Part shown: positions 52,230 to 62,807 of the stretch, piece by piece | Numbering within the stretch: position 1 is the first letter of the stretch | Layout of the letters: each line of letters opens with the position of its first letter | Assembly: GCA_024636705.1 (NCBI GenBank) | Contig: JAGXGN010000061.1 | Span: 2,264 to 66,263, forward strand | From: Halomonas sp. | GTDB taxonomy: Bacteria > Pseudomonadota > Gammaproteobacteria > Pseudomonadales > Halomonadaceae | Reading direction: 5' to 3' | DNA: 64,000 bases | Program-made: the position numbers and the translations under genes | Notes under the pieces: model-generated | What the model was told of the DNA's origin: nothing | Databases searched by the model: none | The model's input: only the letters and a program-made list of their open reading frames with translations

Positions 52230-53567
52230 TCATTGTCCGGCCATCAACGCCTCGATATCCACCACCCGCTTGGGCACCGAGGCCGTGAGAACCTCGTGCC
52301 CCTCCGGGGTGACCACCACGTCATCCTCGATACGGATGCCGATACCGCGGAAGGCCTCGGGAATATCCTCGTCGCGGGGAATGTAGAGTCCCGGCTCGAC
52401 GGTCAGCACCATGCCCGGTTCCAGGCGCCGCGGCTGGCCGTCGTAGCGATAGCTGCCCACGTCATGCACATCGAGTCCCAGCCAGTGGGAGGTGGAGTGC
52501 AGATAGAAGCGACGATACCCCTCGTCGTCGATGCGGGCCTGGGCCTCGCCTTCCAGCAGGCCCAGGCCGATCAGGCCCTCGGTGAGACCTCGTACCACCC
52601 CTTCGTGGATCTCGACCAGCGTCGCCCCGGGTCGGATCGCGGCGACGGCACGCTCCTGGACCGCCAGCACCACCTCGTAGAGGGCACGCTGGGGCTCGCT
52701 GAACCGGCCGTTGACCGGGAAGGTGCGGGTGATATCGCCGGCATAGAGATCGAACTCGGCCCCGGCATCGATCAGCACCAGGTCGCCGTCACGCAGGACA
52801 TCCCGATTCTCGATGTAGTGCAGCACACAGGCATTGGCACCACCCCCGACGATGCTGGCATAGGCAGGCCCGCTGCCGCCCTGCCACTGGAACTCGTGCT
52901 CCAGCTCGGCCTGTAGGTGATACTCGGCGAGCCCCGGCCGCGCCGCCCGCATGGCACGGACATGGGCGCGTGCCGAGATCTCGGCGGCATGGCGCAGCAA
53001 CACCCGTTCCGCCTCGCTCTTGATCTGGCGCTGTGCGTGGAGCAGCGGGGCCAAATCGGCGAACACCCCGGGAGATGGCGCCCCGCGTCTCGCTCGGCCC
53101 GCAAGACGTGCCCGACAGTCGTCGGCCAGGGCCAGGGCCTCGGCGTTCGCCAGGGGCAGATAAAGATGACACCGGCCGTCGAGCAGGTCGAGAAGGCGCT
53201 GGTCGCGTTCATGATTCTCGAAGGCCTGGTCGACACCATGCTCTCGCACCGCCCCCTCGGCACCTAGGCGAATACCGGTCCAGGCCTCCATGTCGGGGTC
53301 GCGATCCTGGCAGAAGAGCACGCTTTCCCCCTCATCCCGCCCCGGCAACAACACCAGGAGGGCATCGGGCTCGGAAAAGCCGGTCAGGTAATGGAAATCG
53401 CTGTCCTGGCGAAAGGCAAAGTCACTGTCCCGAGAGCGGGGAATCAGGCCGGCGCCCGGCAACAGCACGGCGCTGTCTTCCGGCAGGGACGCCATCAACG
53501 CCCTGCGGCGACTGTGGTAGTCGGCGTTGGTGATCGGCTCGGGACGGGGAAGAATCTCGGGAAGCAT
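52230..53567 (-). CDS. pepP: Xaa-Pro aminopeptidase
   Basis: FRQDSDF, LIDAG, DITRT, HWLGLDVHD, EPGLY, GIRIEDD. Confidence 0.96.
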   Translation of the reverse strand: MLPEILPRPEPITNADYHSRRRALMASLPEDSAVLLPGAGLIPRSRDSDFAFRQDSDFHYLTGFSEPDALLVLLPGRDEGESVLFCQDRDPDMEAWTGIRLGAEGAVREHGVDQAFENHERDQRLLDLLDGRCHLYLPLANAEALALADDCRARLAGRARRGAPSPGVFADLAPLLHAQRQIKSEAERVLLRHAAEISARAHVRAMRAARPGLAEYHLQAELEHEFQWQGGSGPAYASIVGGGANACVLHYIENRDVLRDGDLVLIDAGAEFDLYAGDITRTFPVNGRFSEPQRALYEVVLAVQERAVAAIRPGATLVEIHEGVVRGLTEGLIGLGLLEGEAQARIDDEGYRRFYLHSTSHWLGLDVHDVGSYRYDGQPRRLEPGMVLTVEPGLYIPRDEDIPEAFRGIGIRIEDDVVVTPEGHEVLTASVPKRVVDIEALMAGQ

Positions 53568-53602
53568 CGCGACTCCTGGGAAAGGGAAGCTATCGACCGG
53601 CA

Positions 53603-54181
53603 TCAGTGGCGGATATCGTCCTCGTCTTTCTCGACCCGGGGCATGCCGGGATGCTGTTCGGTATAGAGCAGCATGGCGGCCAGACGCGCATGCTCGGTCA
53701 GAGCGAAGAGGTCGTTCTCGTTCTCGGAGCTGTCATCGAGATCGGCCTCCATCCCGGCGAGCCCCTCAAGGTCCTCCAGCGCCTCGCGCAACGCAGACGA
53801 CCACCCCCGTCGCGGGGCGTCACCGGCATCCTCGACGACCTCGAGAAACCCCTGGGTCCACTCCTTGAGGCCCTGAGCGCGCTCGGCGAGAGAGAAGAGC
53901 TCATCCGGCAGCAGGGGCTCGAAGTCGAGTTCCGCGGCCGCCAGGGCGTCCAGGGTCTGGCGCCGCCAGGCCAGGAAACGCTCGGCGCTGTCCTCATCCC
54001 GGGGCACATCGACTCCCAGGGAGAGGCAAACCTGCTCCAGCCAGGCGTCGGCCGGCAGATCCTGCAAGGCCAGGCCGGCGCAGAGTCGACCATCGAGAAA
54101 GGCGGGCGACTGCATGCTACCGTGCAGCAGGAAGAGGTCGGCGATGGATGAAAAATCCTGGCGTTCGTTGATCAATGACAT
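53603..54181 (-). CDS. UPF0149 (YgfB) family protein
   Basis: FEPLLPD, ERAQGLKEWTQGFL, EHARLA; synteny with pepP and zapA. Confidence 0.87.
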   Translation of the reverse strand: MSLINERQDFSSIADLFLLHGSMQSPAFLDGRLCAGLALQDLPADAWLEQVCLSLGVDVPRDEDSAERFLAWRRQTLDALAAAELDFEPLLPDELFSLAERAQGLKEWTQGFLEVVEDAGDAPRRGWSSALREALEDLEGLAGMEADLDDSSENENDLFALTEHARLAAMLLYTEQHPGMPRVEKDEDDIRH

Positions 54182-54360
54182 GACAACACCTTGGGGGAAC
54201 CGAGCCTGCCGGGCGTTCCGGTCTAGCGGACAGATTGACCGCCCGAGAAAAGCTCTCTTATAGTGAGGATCGAATGGTATTCTGCACGGATGTTAACGCA
54301 TCGGACCCCCCGAAGGCGCGTCCATCGCCGCCGACCGTGTGCACCGAACCGGAGCCCATC

Positions 54361-54660
54361 ATGACCGATGCCCCACGCCAAACCAAGGAAATCACCCTAC
54401 TGGGTGGCAGCTATGTGGTTGCCTGTCCTCCACAGGAGGAAGCCAAGCTCGAACGCGCCGCACGCTACCTAGACCGGGCGATGCATGGCATCCACGCCCA
54501 GGGAAAGGTACTAGGCGCCGAGAAGATCGCCATCATGGCGGCACTGAACATAACCCATGAGCTGCTCGAGGCCCTCGACGCCCAGCGTGACGGCGAGGAG
54601 ACTCTCAGCCAGCTCAGTACTCGCCTAGATCAGGCATTGGTCGACATGTCGGGTCGCTGA
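54361..54660 (+). CDS. zapA: Cell division protein ZapA
   Basis: YVVACP, AARYLD, IAIMAALNI. Confidence 0.92.
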   Translation: MTDAPRQTKEITLLGGSYVVACPPQEEAKLERAARYLDRAMHGIHAQGKVLGAEKIAIMAALNITHELLEALDAQRDGEETLSQLSTRLDQALVDMSGR

Positions 54661-54675
54661 CTCGCCATCTCCTCT

Positions 54676-54703
54676 TTGGCCTCACCCATTGCTCTGTTAG
54701 GAT
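54676..54703 (+). promoter_or_regulatory. Putative sigma70 promoter of 6S RNA
   Basis: TTGGCC-16 bp-TAGGAT with TGn extension, placed for a start near 54710. Confidence 0.55.
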
Positions 54704-54709
54704 GAAGGT

Positions 54710-54890
54710 GTTCCCTGGGGTGTTTGCCAGTCGTTATCGTCCCTCGAGCCTATGCGCATTACCCAGGGGGCCATATGCTAGCCGAGCCTGTGTGCATGTC
54801 CGTGCGACGGAAAGCCTGACGGTTCGGCTGCGGCCACCCACCTTGAACCACTGGGTTCAGGGCCAGAACGACAGCGGCACTCTGGGGAAC
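54710..54890 (+). ncRNA. ssrS: 6S RNA
   Basis: Ends pair (GTTCCC...GGGAAC); CCTTGAACC...GGTTCAGGG element; lies between zapA and ygfA. Confidence 0.93.
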
Positions 54891-54900
54891 CTCATCCGAC

Positions 54901-55539
54901 ATGACGACCATGCAGGATACTGCCGCTCCCACTTCACACGATGACTCGCGTCGCGCCCTTCGCCGTGCGCTGCGTAATCGTCGCCGTGCCCTGACGCCGA
55001 GCGAGCGTCAAGAGGCCGCACGCCGCCTGTGCCGACACCTCAGGCAACTGCCGGAGCTTCAGCGCGCCCGCCGTGTCGCCCTCTACCTGCCCAACGACGG
55101 TGAAATCGACCCCACACCTCTGCTGCCCTGGTTGCGCCGGCGTAATGTCCGCATCCATCTGCCGGTGCTGCGCCCGCTGTCACGCAATTCGCTCTGGTTC
55201 GTCCATTACCATGCCGACACACCCATGGTGGTCAACCGCTTCGGCATTCCTGAACCCGACACCTGCCATGGCGCTCATCGGGCTCACCGCTGCCCGGCCT
55301 GGGCGCTGGACCTGATCCTGTTGCCTCTGGTGGGCTTCGATGGCGCCGGCCGGCGCATCGGTATGGGCGGCGGCTTCTATGATCGCACCCTGGCATTCAG
55401 CCGGCAGCACAGACCCAGGCCACGCTTGATCGGCCTCGCTCACGATTGCCAGGGTGTCGAGCGACTGCCGGCGCAACCCTGGGACGTGCCGCTGGACACC
55501 ATCGTCACCGACCGGGCAGTGATCCGTCCCCGAGGCTGA
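54901..55539 (+). CDS. ygfA: 5-formyltetrahydrofolate cyclo-ligase
   Basis: NRFGIPEP, PLVGFD, RIGMGGGFYDR, WDVPLD. Confidence 0.94.
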   Translation: MTTMQDTAAPTSHDDSRRALRRALRNRRRALTPSERQEAARRLCRHLRQLPELQRARRVALYLPNDGEIDPTPLLPWLRRRNVRIHLPVLRPLSRNSLWFVHYHADTPMVVNRFGIPEPDTCHGAHRAHRCPAWALDLILLPLVGFDGAGRRIGMGGGFYDRTLAFSRQHRPRPRLIGLAHDCQGVERLPAQPWDVPLDTIVTDRAVIRPRG

Positions 55540-55544
55540 ACGCC

Positions 55545-55585
55545 GGAAACAGGAACGGGCCGATGCGGTGGGCATCGACCCGTTC
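55545..55585 (-). terminator. Hairpin terminator for the minus-strand micro-gene (possibly bidirectional)
   Basis: 14-bp stem GAACGGGTCGATGC-CCACC-GCATCGGCCCGTTC then CTGTTTCC; U.G wobble only on the minus strand. Confidence 0.65.
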
Positions 55586-55638
55586 GGAAAACGGTCGGAT
55601 CATGATCCTGCCTCGACGGCTGAATCACCGCTTTCGGG

Positions 55639-55734
55639 CTAGCCTCCTGCCAGCGCCTGGGCATAGCCGGTTGCCACCACACCAATGCCGAAGATCAACA
55701 CCAATGCCATGACCAGATCGGGCTTGCGCTTCAT
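55639..55734 (-). CDS. 31-aa single-TM small protein MKRKPDLVMALVLIFGIGVVATGYAQALAGG
   Basis: GGAG RBS 7 nt before ATG; basic N-terminus plus hydrophobic helix; flanked by promoter and terminator motifs. Confidence 0.72.
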   Translation of the reverse strand: MKRKPDLVMALVLIFGIGVVATGYAQALAGG

Positions 55735-55832
55735 TGTCGACTCCATGGGAGACTCGACCACGAGGGTCGGGAGAAAACTCGTCGAAAACGTCTTGTCGTG
55801 TCGCCTCCACTGCCAGCGGGCATCGGCAACGA

Positions 55833-55849
55833 CGCAACTATAGGGCCAG
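55833..55849 (-). promoter_or_regulatory. Sigma54-like (-24/-12) promoter of the micro-gene
   Basis: CTGGCCCTATAGTTGCG = TGGC-N7-TTGC. Confidence 0.62.
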
Positions 55850-55957
55850 TACCGGCATCAGGACAACCTAATACCCAGGCGAGTTACATTTTTAAACACT
55901 CGACGGCGCTAGGCCCGACGGTAAGTCCGCGTTCACCTCGAACAATGCGGCAGGGGA

Positions 55958-57472
55958 TCAGGCCATGAAGAGGCGATAGGCCGGATTGTCGGTTTCCTTC
56001 CAGTAGCGATAGCCGATCTCGTCGAAATACTCCTCGACATGGGCGCGGTCGCCGTTGGGTACCTGCATGCCCACGAGCACTCGGCCGTAGGCCGCCCCAT
56101 GATTGCGATAATGGAACAGCGAGATGTTCCAGTCCTGGGGCAGGTGGGTCAGGAAGTTCATCAGCGCGCCCGGGCGTTCCGGAAACTCGAAGCGATAGAC
56201 TTCCTCGTCGAAGTGTTCCCTGGCGCGGCCGCCGCCCAGGTGACGAATATGCAACTTGGCAAGTTCATTGTCGGTCAGATCCTCCACCGGGTAGCCCCCA
56301 TCCGTCAACTTGCCGATCACCGCCTGACGATCCTCGCCGCCGGGCTTGACCTGGACGCCGACGAAGATATGGGCGTTATCGGGATCGGCATAACGGTAGT
56401 TGAACTCGGTGACCATCCGCTTGCCGATGGTCTTGCAGAACCTTTTGAAACTACCGGGTTTTTCCGGAATCGTCACCGCCAGGATTGCCTCGCGCTGTTC
56501 ACCCAGTTCGGTGCGCTCGGCGATGTGCTGGAGGCGGTCGAAGTTGGTGTTCGCCCCGGAATTGATACAGAGCAGGGTCTGGCCCTCGGCCCCGGTCTGC
56601 TGAATATATTTCTTCAGACCGGCCAGCGACAAGGCACCCGAGGTCTCGGAAACGGCGCGGGTATCCTCGAAGATATCCTTCACCGCGGCACACATCTCGT
56701 CGGTATTGACGGTAATGACGTCGTCGACGAGGTCCTGGATGATCGAGAAGGGCACCTCGCCGATCTGCGCCACGGCCACCCCCTCGGCGAAGACGCCGAC
56801 TTGGTCGAGCACCACCCGTTCACCCGCCTCGAGCGCGGCCTTGAGACAAGCGCTATCCTCGGATTCCACCCCAATCACCTTGATCTCCGGGCGCAAATAC
56901 TTGATGTAGGCCAGCATGCCGGCCAGCAGACCACCGCCGCCCACGGGCACGAAGATGGCATCGATGGGACCACTGTGCTGATGCAGTATCTCCATGGCGA
57001 TGGTGCCTTGCCCGGCGATGACGTCGATGTCGTCGAAGGGCGGGATATAGGTATAGCCGTGTTCCTTGATCAATTCCTGGGCATGGACGGCCGCCTCGGC
57101 GAAGGCATCCCCCTTGAGCACTACCCGGGCGCCGCGGGCACGGACCGCCTGGACCTTGATCTCCGGCGTGATCCGCGGCATCACGATTACCGCCTTGACG
57201 CCCATCTGCCTTGCCGCCATGGCCAACCCCTGGGCATGGTTACCCGCCGACGCCGCGATCACGCCCTTGGCCTTCTGCGCCTCGCTGAGCTGCGCCATCT
57301 TGTTGTAGGCGCCGCGAATCTTGAAGGAAAAGACCGGTTGCAGGTCCTCGCGCTTGATCAGGATCTGGTTGTTGAATCGCCGGGAGAGGAAGGGCGCAGG
57401 CGAGATGGGGGTTTCCACGGCCGCTTCATAGACGCGGGCCTGGAGTATCTTCTTGACGGTTGATTCGAGCAT
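55958..57472 (-). CDS. ilvA: Biosynthetic threonine ammonia-lyase
   Basis: [32 protein letters not shown], two regulatory ACT repeats. Confidence 0.97.
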   Translation of the reverse strand: MLESTVKKILQARVYEAAVETPISPAPFLSRRFNNQILIKREDLQPVFSFKIRGAYNKMAQLSEAQKAKGVIAASAGNHAQGLAMAARQMGVKAVIVMPRITPEIKVQAVRARGARVVLKGDAFAEAAVHAQELIKEHGYTYIPPFDDIDVIAGQGTIAMEILHQHSGPIDAIFVPVGGGGLLAGMLAYIKYLRPEIKVIGVESEDSACLKAALEAGERVVLDQVGVFAEGVAVAQIGEVPFSIIQDLVDDVITVNTDEMCAAVKDIFEDTRAVSETSGALSLAGLKKYIQQTGAEGQTLLCINSGANTNFDRLQHIAERTELGEQREAILAVTIPEKPGSFKRFCKTIGKRMVTEFNYRYADPDNAHIFVGVQVKPGGEDRQAVIGKLTDGGYPVEDLTDNELAKLHIRHLGGGRAREHFDEEVYRFEFPERPGALMNFLTHLPQDWNISLFHYRNHGAAYGRVLVGMQVPNGDRAHVEEYFDEIGYRYWKETDNPAYRLFMA

Positions 57473-57632
57473 CCTGATGTCCCGAGGGAGTAACGCGAGC
57501 AGCGCAGCGATCTATGTTGCACCGCAGAGAACCCCTATTGGTAGCATTGTGGTGGCCCCGAGTCCAGCCGGCATCGGCAGGGATCCATCACTGCTCTATA
57601 ATGGCGTCCGTCCATCAACCAGCGAGCACCCC

Positions 57633-58307
57633 ATGACCCAGGACGAACTCAAGGACGCCGTGGCGGCAGCCGCCATCGTCGAAATCATGCCGCGGCTGGA
57701 ACGCGATACCATCCTCGGCATCGGCACAGGCTCCACGGCCAATCGGTTCATCGACCGGCTGGCGGCCCTGCGTGACGACTTTCAGGGCGCCGTAGCCAGC
57801 TCCGAGGCCAGTGCCGAGCGTCTGCGCGGACACGGCATCGAGGTCTTCGAGCTCAACAGCGTCGGTCGCCTACCCTTCTATATCGACGGGGCCGACGAAG
57901 TGAATGCTCACTTACAGATGATCAAGGGCGGCGGTGCGGCCCTGACCCGGGAGAAGATCGTTGCCGCCTGCAGCACGCGTTTCATCTGTATCGCTGATGC
58001 CTCGAAACGGGTCGAGCGGCTGGGGCGGTTTCCGCTGCCGATCGAGGTGATCCCCATGGCGCGCTCCTATGTCGCACGAGAGCTGGTCAAGCTCGGTGCC
58101 GATCCCGTCTATCGTCAAGGCCTGGTCACCGACAACGGCAACCAGATCATCGACTGCTTCGACTTCATGATCGATGACCCGGTCGACATGGAAGCACGCC
58201 TGAACGGCATCGTCGGGGTGGTCACCAACGGCCTCTTCGCCACTCGAGGGGCAGACGTGCTGCTGCTCGGCTCGGTTAGTGGCGTGGAACGACTCACCCT
58301 GGACTGA
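57633..58307 (+). CDS. rpiA: Ribose-5-phosphate isomerase A
   Basis: [29 protein letters not shown]. Confidence 0.97.
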   Translation: MTQDELKDAVAAAAIVEIMPRLERDTILGIGTGSTANRFIDRLAALRDDFQGAVASSEASAERLRGHGIEVFELNSVGRLPFYIDGADEVNAHLQMIKGGGAALTREKIVAACSTRFICIADASKRVERLGRFPLPIEVIPMARSYVARELVKLGADPVYRQGLVTDNGNQIIDCFDFMIDDPVDMEARLNGIVGVVTNGLFATRGADVLLLGSVSGVERLTLD

Positions 58308-58450
58308 TGGACAACCGCCATCGTTGCAGGCTTCCCGCTATGTCCGCCAACGCACGGATGACAACGGGCCCATGCCATATATACTCAAAAATGGATATGA
58401 CGAACAGATATCAGCCCGATACCGCGTCACATCCGCCAAAGGAGAAACCT

Positions 58451-58525
58451 ATGAACAATATCGTCTGGATCGTGGGGGCGGTGGTCATCGTTCTCTTCGT
58501 GCTATCGGTGCTTGGGCTGCGTTGA
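58451..58525 (+). CDS. 24-aa hydrophobic small protein MNNIVWIVGAVVIVLFVLSVLGLR
   Basis: Strong AAGGAG RBS; one TM helix. Confidence 0.7.
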   Translation: MNNIVWIVGAVVIVLFVLSVLGLR

Positions 58526-58672
58526 AACAGACGCTTCAAGCCATTGTGTGCGATATCAGACGGAAAGCGCCCCTTGCGGGTGCTATCCTGATGTTATTGG
58601 TGACCGGCAGCAGCACCGCGCCATGGGTTCCTTCCGCTGCAAGCACTACCTCTCACTCCGAGTGACACCCTC

Positions 58673-58891
58673 ATGAAACCCCTCAAGTTCCTTGTTACGA
58701 GTCTTGCCATTTCAGCCGTGCTGCTGAGCCTGACGGCATGTTCCGGCATGTCGCGCCAGGACAGGAACACCGCCATTGGTGCAGGCGCCGGCGCCGTGGG
58801 TGGCTCCGTACTCACTGGCGGCAGCGCCATCGGCACCGTGGGCGGGGCCGCCGTCGGCGGCGTGATCGGCCACGAAACCAGCAAGCCCTGA
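58673..58891 (+). CDS. osmB: Osmotically inducible glycine-zipper lipoprotein OsmB
   Basis: Lipobox LTAC; DRNTAIGAGAGAVGGSVLT...GGAAVGGVIGH. Confidence 0.9.
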   Translation: MKPLKFLVTSLAISAVLLSLTACSGMSRQDRNTAIGAGAGAVGGSVLTGGSAIGTVGGAAVGGVIGHETSKP

Positions 58892-58908
58892 ATCCTGGTA
58901 TGCCAACC

Positions 58909-58936
58909 CGGCAGCGCCTTCAGAGAGGCGCTGCCG
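58909..58936. terminator. Hairpin after osmB
   Basis: CGGCAGCGCCT-TCAGAG-AGGCGCTGCCG. Confidence 0.65.
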
Positions 58937-59009
58937 TCCGGTCGCTCTGGTCCGAGGGTAGCGCCTGGTCCGAATTTCGGGGGCCATTTCACACCCGAGG
59001 CTTAGGCCG

Positions 59010-60287
59010 TCAGCTCTGCGGGAAAAAGCGCTGGATGGCCGCCAGCGTCCGCTCAAGCGCCCCCCGGTTGGCCGTCACTACGGCGCGGCCCACATCAACA
59101 AGCCGGCACCGCTCGTCCTCGTCCTCGAACAGTCGAACCAGGGCCTCGGCGAGGACGGCACCGTCGGCCACCTCCACCAGGGCATCGGCCTGGCGAAGGA
59201 CATCGGCCACATCCTCGAAGTTGGCAAGGGCGGGCCCGGTGATGACCGGGACGCCGAGGCTAAGGGGCTCCAGCAGGTTATGCCCGCCGACGGGTACCAG
59301 GCTGCCGCCAACGAAAGCGATGTCGCCGGCGCCGTATAACGTCGAGAGTTCACCCATGGTATCGCCCAGATAGACGCCGTGATGAGCATCGGGCCACTCA
59401 CCCAGGGAGCGGCGTGCCAGTCGGAACCCTTGCTGCTCGCACAGCGCCGCCACGGCATCGAAGCGGCGCGGATGACGCGGCACCAGGATCAGCAGGACAC
59501 CAGGATGGTGTTCGAGAAGCCGCCGATGGGCGGCCAGAAGCTGCTCCTCCTCGCCTTCGTGGGTCGAGCCGGCCACCCAGACCGGCCGCGAACCGAATCC
59601 GGTACGCAAGCGCTCACTCACCTCGTAAGCGCCGTCATCGATGGAGAAATCGAATTTCAGCGACCCCACCACCGTGGTATTTGCCGGGTCCATCCCCAGC
59701 GCCTTGAAGCGTTCGGCATCGGCCTCGGACTTGGCGGTGAGCCAGTCGACACAGCCCAGGGCCTCGCGCATCAGGGGACGCAAGCGTCGATAGCCCCGGT
59801 AAGCTCGGGGGGAGAGCCGACCATTGACCACCAGAACCGGCACGCCGCGGCGTCGGCAGGCATGCAGCAGGTTGGGCCAGAGTTCGGTCTCGAAGAACAG
59901 CGCCAGCTCTGGCCGCAGCCGCTCGACGAAGCGCGCCGCGGCGCGGGGGAAATCCAGCGGCACGAAGTGGTGAACCAGGCGCCTGTCGGGTCGCGCCTCG
60001 GCCAGCGCCCGGACCCGCTCGGCCCCGGTGACGGTCATGGTGGTGACGGTCAGTCGATGCCCGGGGTAGCGCTCGAGCAGCGCCTCGATCAGCGGGCGGG
60101 CCGCCTGGACCTCGCCCACCGAGGCGCAGTGCAGCCACAGCATCCGCTCCCCGAGAGGCGTAGCGGGAATGTGGCCCAGACGCAGCGCCCGGTGGTGAGT
60201 GAGCGCATGCTCACGGTGAAGACGTCGCCAGACAAGAGGAGAAAGTCCGACAAGGGCCACCGAGTAGAGCCAGCGCGGCCAGCCCAT
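59010..60287 (-). CDS. waaA: Kdo transferase
   Basis: HCASVGE, ETELWPN, GSTHEGE, VPRHP, DTMGEL, GGHNLLEP. Confidence 0.95.
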   Translation of the reverse strand: MGWPRWLYSVALVGLSPLVWRRLHREHALTHHRALRLGHIPATPLGERMLWLHCASVGEVQAARPLIEALLERYPGHRLTVTTMTVTGAERVRALAEARPDRRLVHHFVPLDFPRAAARFVERLRPELALFFETELWPNLLHACRRRGVPVLVVNGRLSPRAYRGYRRLRPLMREALGCVDWLTAKSEADAERFKALGMDPANTTVVGSLKFDFSIDDGAYEVSERLRTGFGSRPVWVAGSTHEGEEEQLLAAHRRLLEHHPGVLLILVPRHPRRFDAVAALCEQQGFRLARRSLGEWPDAHHGVYLGDTMGELSTLYGAGDIAFVGGSLVPVGGHNLLEPLSLGVPVITGPALANFEDVADVLRQADALVEVADGAVLAEALVRLFEDEDERCRLVDVGRAVVTANRGALERTLAAIQRFFPQS

Positions 60288-61717
60288 CAGGCCTCGCGGT
60301 CGAGGATGGTGGAGATCATGGCCGTGGTGGAGACCCCATCCTCGAAGCCTAGCACCCGGACCTCGCCGCCGGCCTCGCGAACCGCCTCACCACCGGCGAT
60401 CTGCTCGGGACGGTAGTCCCCGCCCTTGACCAGCACATCGGGCAGCACCGCCTCGATCAACCGCTGGGGGGTGTCCTCGGCGAAGGGCACCACCCAGTCC
60501 ACGGCGCCCAAGCCGGCAAGCACCTGCATGCGCCGCACCAGGGGGTTGATAGGCCGTTTGGGCCCCTTGAGGCGGGCGATGGAGGCATCGTCGTTGACCG
60601 CCACGATCAGGCGGTCTCCCAGCTTGTGGGCCTGCTCCAGGTAGGCGACGTGGCCGGCGTGGAGAATGTCGAAGCAGCCGTTGGTCATCACCACCTTCTC
60701 TCCCCGCGCCTGGGCGGCACGCACCGCCTCGATCAGGGGCGCTTCCTCGATGGCGCCGAACTCCGCCAGCTTGTCGCCATGCAGGGCCGTGTAGAGCTCG
60801 GCGATGGAGACGGTCGCGGTCCCCGGCTTGGCCACCACCAGTCCGGCGGCCAGGTTGGCCAGGGTCATGGCCTCGGGGAAGCCATGACCGGCCGCCAGGG
60901 CCAGCCCCAGGACGCCGATCACGGTATCCCCGGCACCGGTGACGTCGAAGACCTCGCGGGCCCGCGCCGACAAATGTAGCGGCTCATGGCCGGTACGAAT
61001 CAGGGTCATGCCCTTCTCGCTGCGGGTGATCAGCAGGGCCTCGAGGTCGAGGTCGACGCGCAGGGCCTCGCCACGGGCGGCCAGTTCCCCGTCGTCACGG
61101 CAATGTCCGACCACCGCCTCGAACTCCCCCAGGTTGGGGGTGATCAGGGTAGCGCCCCGGTAACGACGAAAGTCGCTCCCCTTGGGGTCGACCAGTACGG
61201 GCTTGCCTGCCGCGCGAGCCAGGGCAATGACGTCCTCGACCCGGTTAAGGGTGCCTTTGCCGTAGTCGGAGAGAATCACCAGGTCGCAATCGGGCAGGGC
61301 CGCCTCGACCCGTGTCAGCAGGCCCGCGGTGTCGACCTCCCCCAGACCCTGCTCGAAGTCCAGGCGGATGAGCTGCTGGTTGCGGCTCATCACCCGCAGC
61401 TTGGTGATGGTGGGAATTCCCGGGCTGCGCTCGAAGTGAGTAACGACACCGGCGGTATCCAGCCGGGACGCCAGCCGATCGGCATTGTCGTCGTTTCCCA
61501 CCAGCCCGGCCAGGGCGGCCCGGGCCCCCAGGGAGGCGATATTCAGCGCCACGTTGGCCGCACCACCGGGCCGGTCCTCGGCCTCCTCGACTCTTACCAC
61601 GGGAACCGGCGCCTCGGGTGAGATACGCGAGGTACCACCATGCCAGTAGCGGTCGAGCATCACATCCCCCACCACCAGCAGTCGGGCGTGTTCCAGGGCG
61701 GTCAGATCAAGCTTCAT
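60287..61717 (-). CDS. hldE: Bifunctional heptose 7-phosphate kinase/adenylyltransferase
   Basis: [39 protein letters not shown]. Confidence 0.97.
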   Translation of the reverse strand: MKLDLTALEHARLLVVGDVMLDRYWHGGTSRISPEAPVPVVRVEEAEDRPGGAANVALNIASLGARAALAGLVGNDDNADRLASRLDTAGVVTHFERSPGIPTITKLRVMSRNQQLIRLDFEQGLGEVDTAGLLTRVEAALPDCDLVILSDYGKGTLNRVEDVIALARAAGKPVLVDPKGSDFRRYRGATLITPNLGEFEAVVGHCRDDGELAARGEALRVDLDLEALLITRSEKGMTLIRTGHEPLHLSARAREVFDVTGAGDTVIGVLGLALAAGHGFPEAMTLANLAAGLVVAKPGTATVSIAELYTALHGDKLAEFGAIEEAPLIEAVRAAQARGEKVVMTNGCFDILHAGHVAYLEQAHKLGDRLIVAVNDDASIARLKGPKRPINPLVRRMQVLAGLGAVDWVVPFAEDTPQRLIEAVLPDVLVKGGDYRPEQIAGGEAVREAGGEVRVLGFEDGVSTTAMISTILDREA

Positions 61718-62807
61718 CGACGGGAGACTCCGTTTTCGGGTGGCGGGCGGCGAACTCGAGCGCTGCCCCGAGCCGCTCGATCACGTCCTCGGCATGGATC
61801 AACGACATGGCATCGGGGTGACGAACGCGCTGGCCCCAGGTGACCTCGTTGCGTGTCTTGTGGAGATAGGTGCGAACGGCATCGGCATAGCAGTCGACCG
61901 TGAATTCTCGCCACAGGTAGGGGCCGGTACGATCGACATTGGAAGTGGCATATAGCCCCACGACCGGGGTTCCCAGGGCGTTGGCCATGTGCACCGGACC
62001 GGTATCCGGCGCCACCAGTGCCCGTGCTCCACGGATCATGGCCATCAGCCCCTTCAGTGAGGTTCCGCCGATGGCATCGACCACCTCCTCGGGACCCAGC
62101 AGACGCCGAATCTGTTCCCCGAGTTCGCGCTCCTGGGTGCTGCCGCCACCGGTTAGGACCGTCGTGAGTCCATGATGACGCCAGGCATACTCGATCACGG
62201 CCGCATAGCCCTCGGCCGACCAGTTACGGAAATTGTGCAGCCTGGCACTGCTGCAGGGGCTGATCAGGAGATAGGGGGCGTTACCGGTGATGTGCCGTGC
62301 CTCCTCGACGGCCAGCGCCGGAATCGGCAGGTCCCACTCCAGGGAAAGGTCCTCGACACCGAGGAGGCGCGCGAAATCCAGGAAGGAGTCCAGCACATGG
62401 GCGCGGGGATGGGGGGCCAGATGGCGATGGGTGAACCAGTGCTGGGCATCCTTGGCACGGGCCTTGTCGAAACCGACACGCACATCGGCCTTGAGCCCCA
62501 ACGACAGTACGCTGGCGCGCAGTGCCTGTTGCATGTGCAGCAGGACGTCGAAGCGTGTATCCGCCAGTTCGCGCCACAGACGACGCATCCCGGCAAGCCC
62601 CGTGGCCTTGTCGTAGACCACGAACTCGACCCCGGAGAGGCCGGCCAGTAGACTGTGCTCGCTCTTGCCGATGATCCAGGTGATACGTGCCGCGGGCCAC
62701 TGGCGCTGGAGGGCGCGAACCGTCGGCACCAGATTGCAGACATCACCCAGGGCGGAGAGTCGCAATACGCCGATATGCCGGGGTTGGGCAGGCAGAGGAT
62801 GCTTCAT
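61707..62807 (-). CDS. Glycosyltransferase family 9 (LPS heptosyltransferase)
   Basis: [21 protein letters not shown] motifs. Confidence 0.9.
   Translation of the reverse strand: MKHPLPAQPRHIGVLRLSALGDVCNLVPTVRALQRQWPAARITWIIGKSEHSLLAGLSGVEFVVYDKATGLAGMRRLWRELADTRFDVLLHMQQALRASVLSLGLKADVRVGFDKARAKDAQHWFTHRHLAPHPRAHVLDSFLDFARLLGVEDLSLEWDLPIPALAVEEARHITGNAPYLLISPCSSARLHNFRNWSAEGYAAVIEYAWRHHGLTTVLTGGGSTQERELGEQIRRLLGPEEVVDAIGGTSLKGLMAMIRGARALVAPDTGPVHMANALGTPVVGLYATSNVDRTGPYLWREFTVDCYADAVRTYLHKTRNEVTWGQRVRHPDAMSLIHAEDVIERLGAALEFAARHPKTESPVDEA

Noticed and set aside
54182-54360. Expected small TIGR02449/ZapB-like gene before zapA
   Set aside because: No coiled-coil ORF with an RBS found; region looks like divergent promoters.
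54702-54944. 80-aa ORF between zapA and ygfA
   Set aside because: Coincides with the 6S RNA gene.
58945-58980. Short direct repeat CTGGTCCGA twice
   Set aside because: Too short to support an insertion scar without comparative data.
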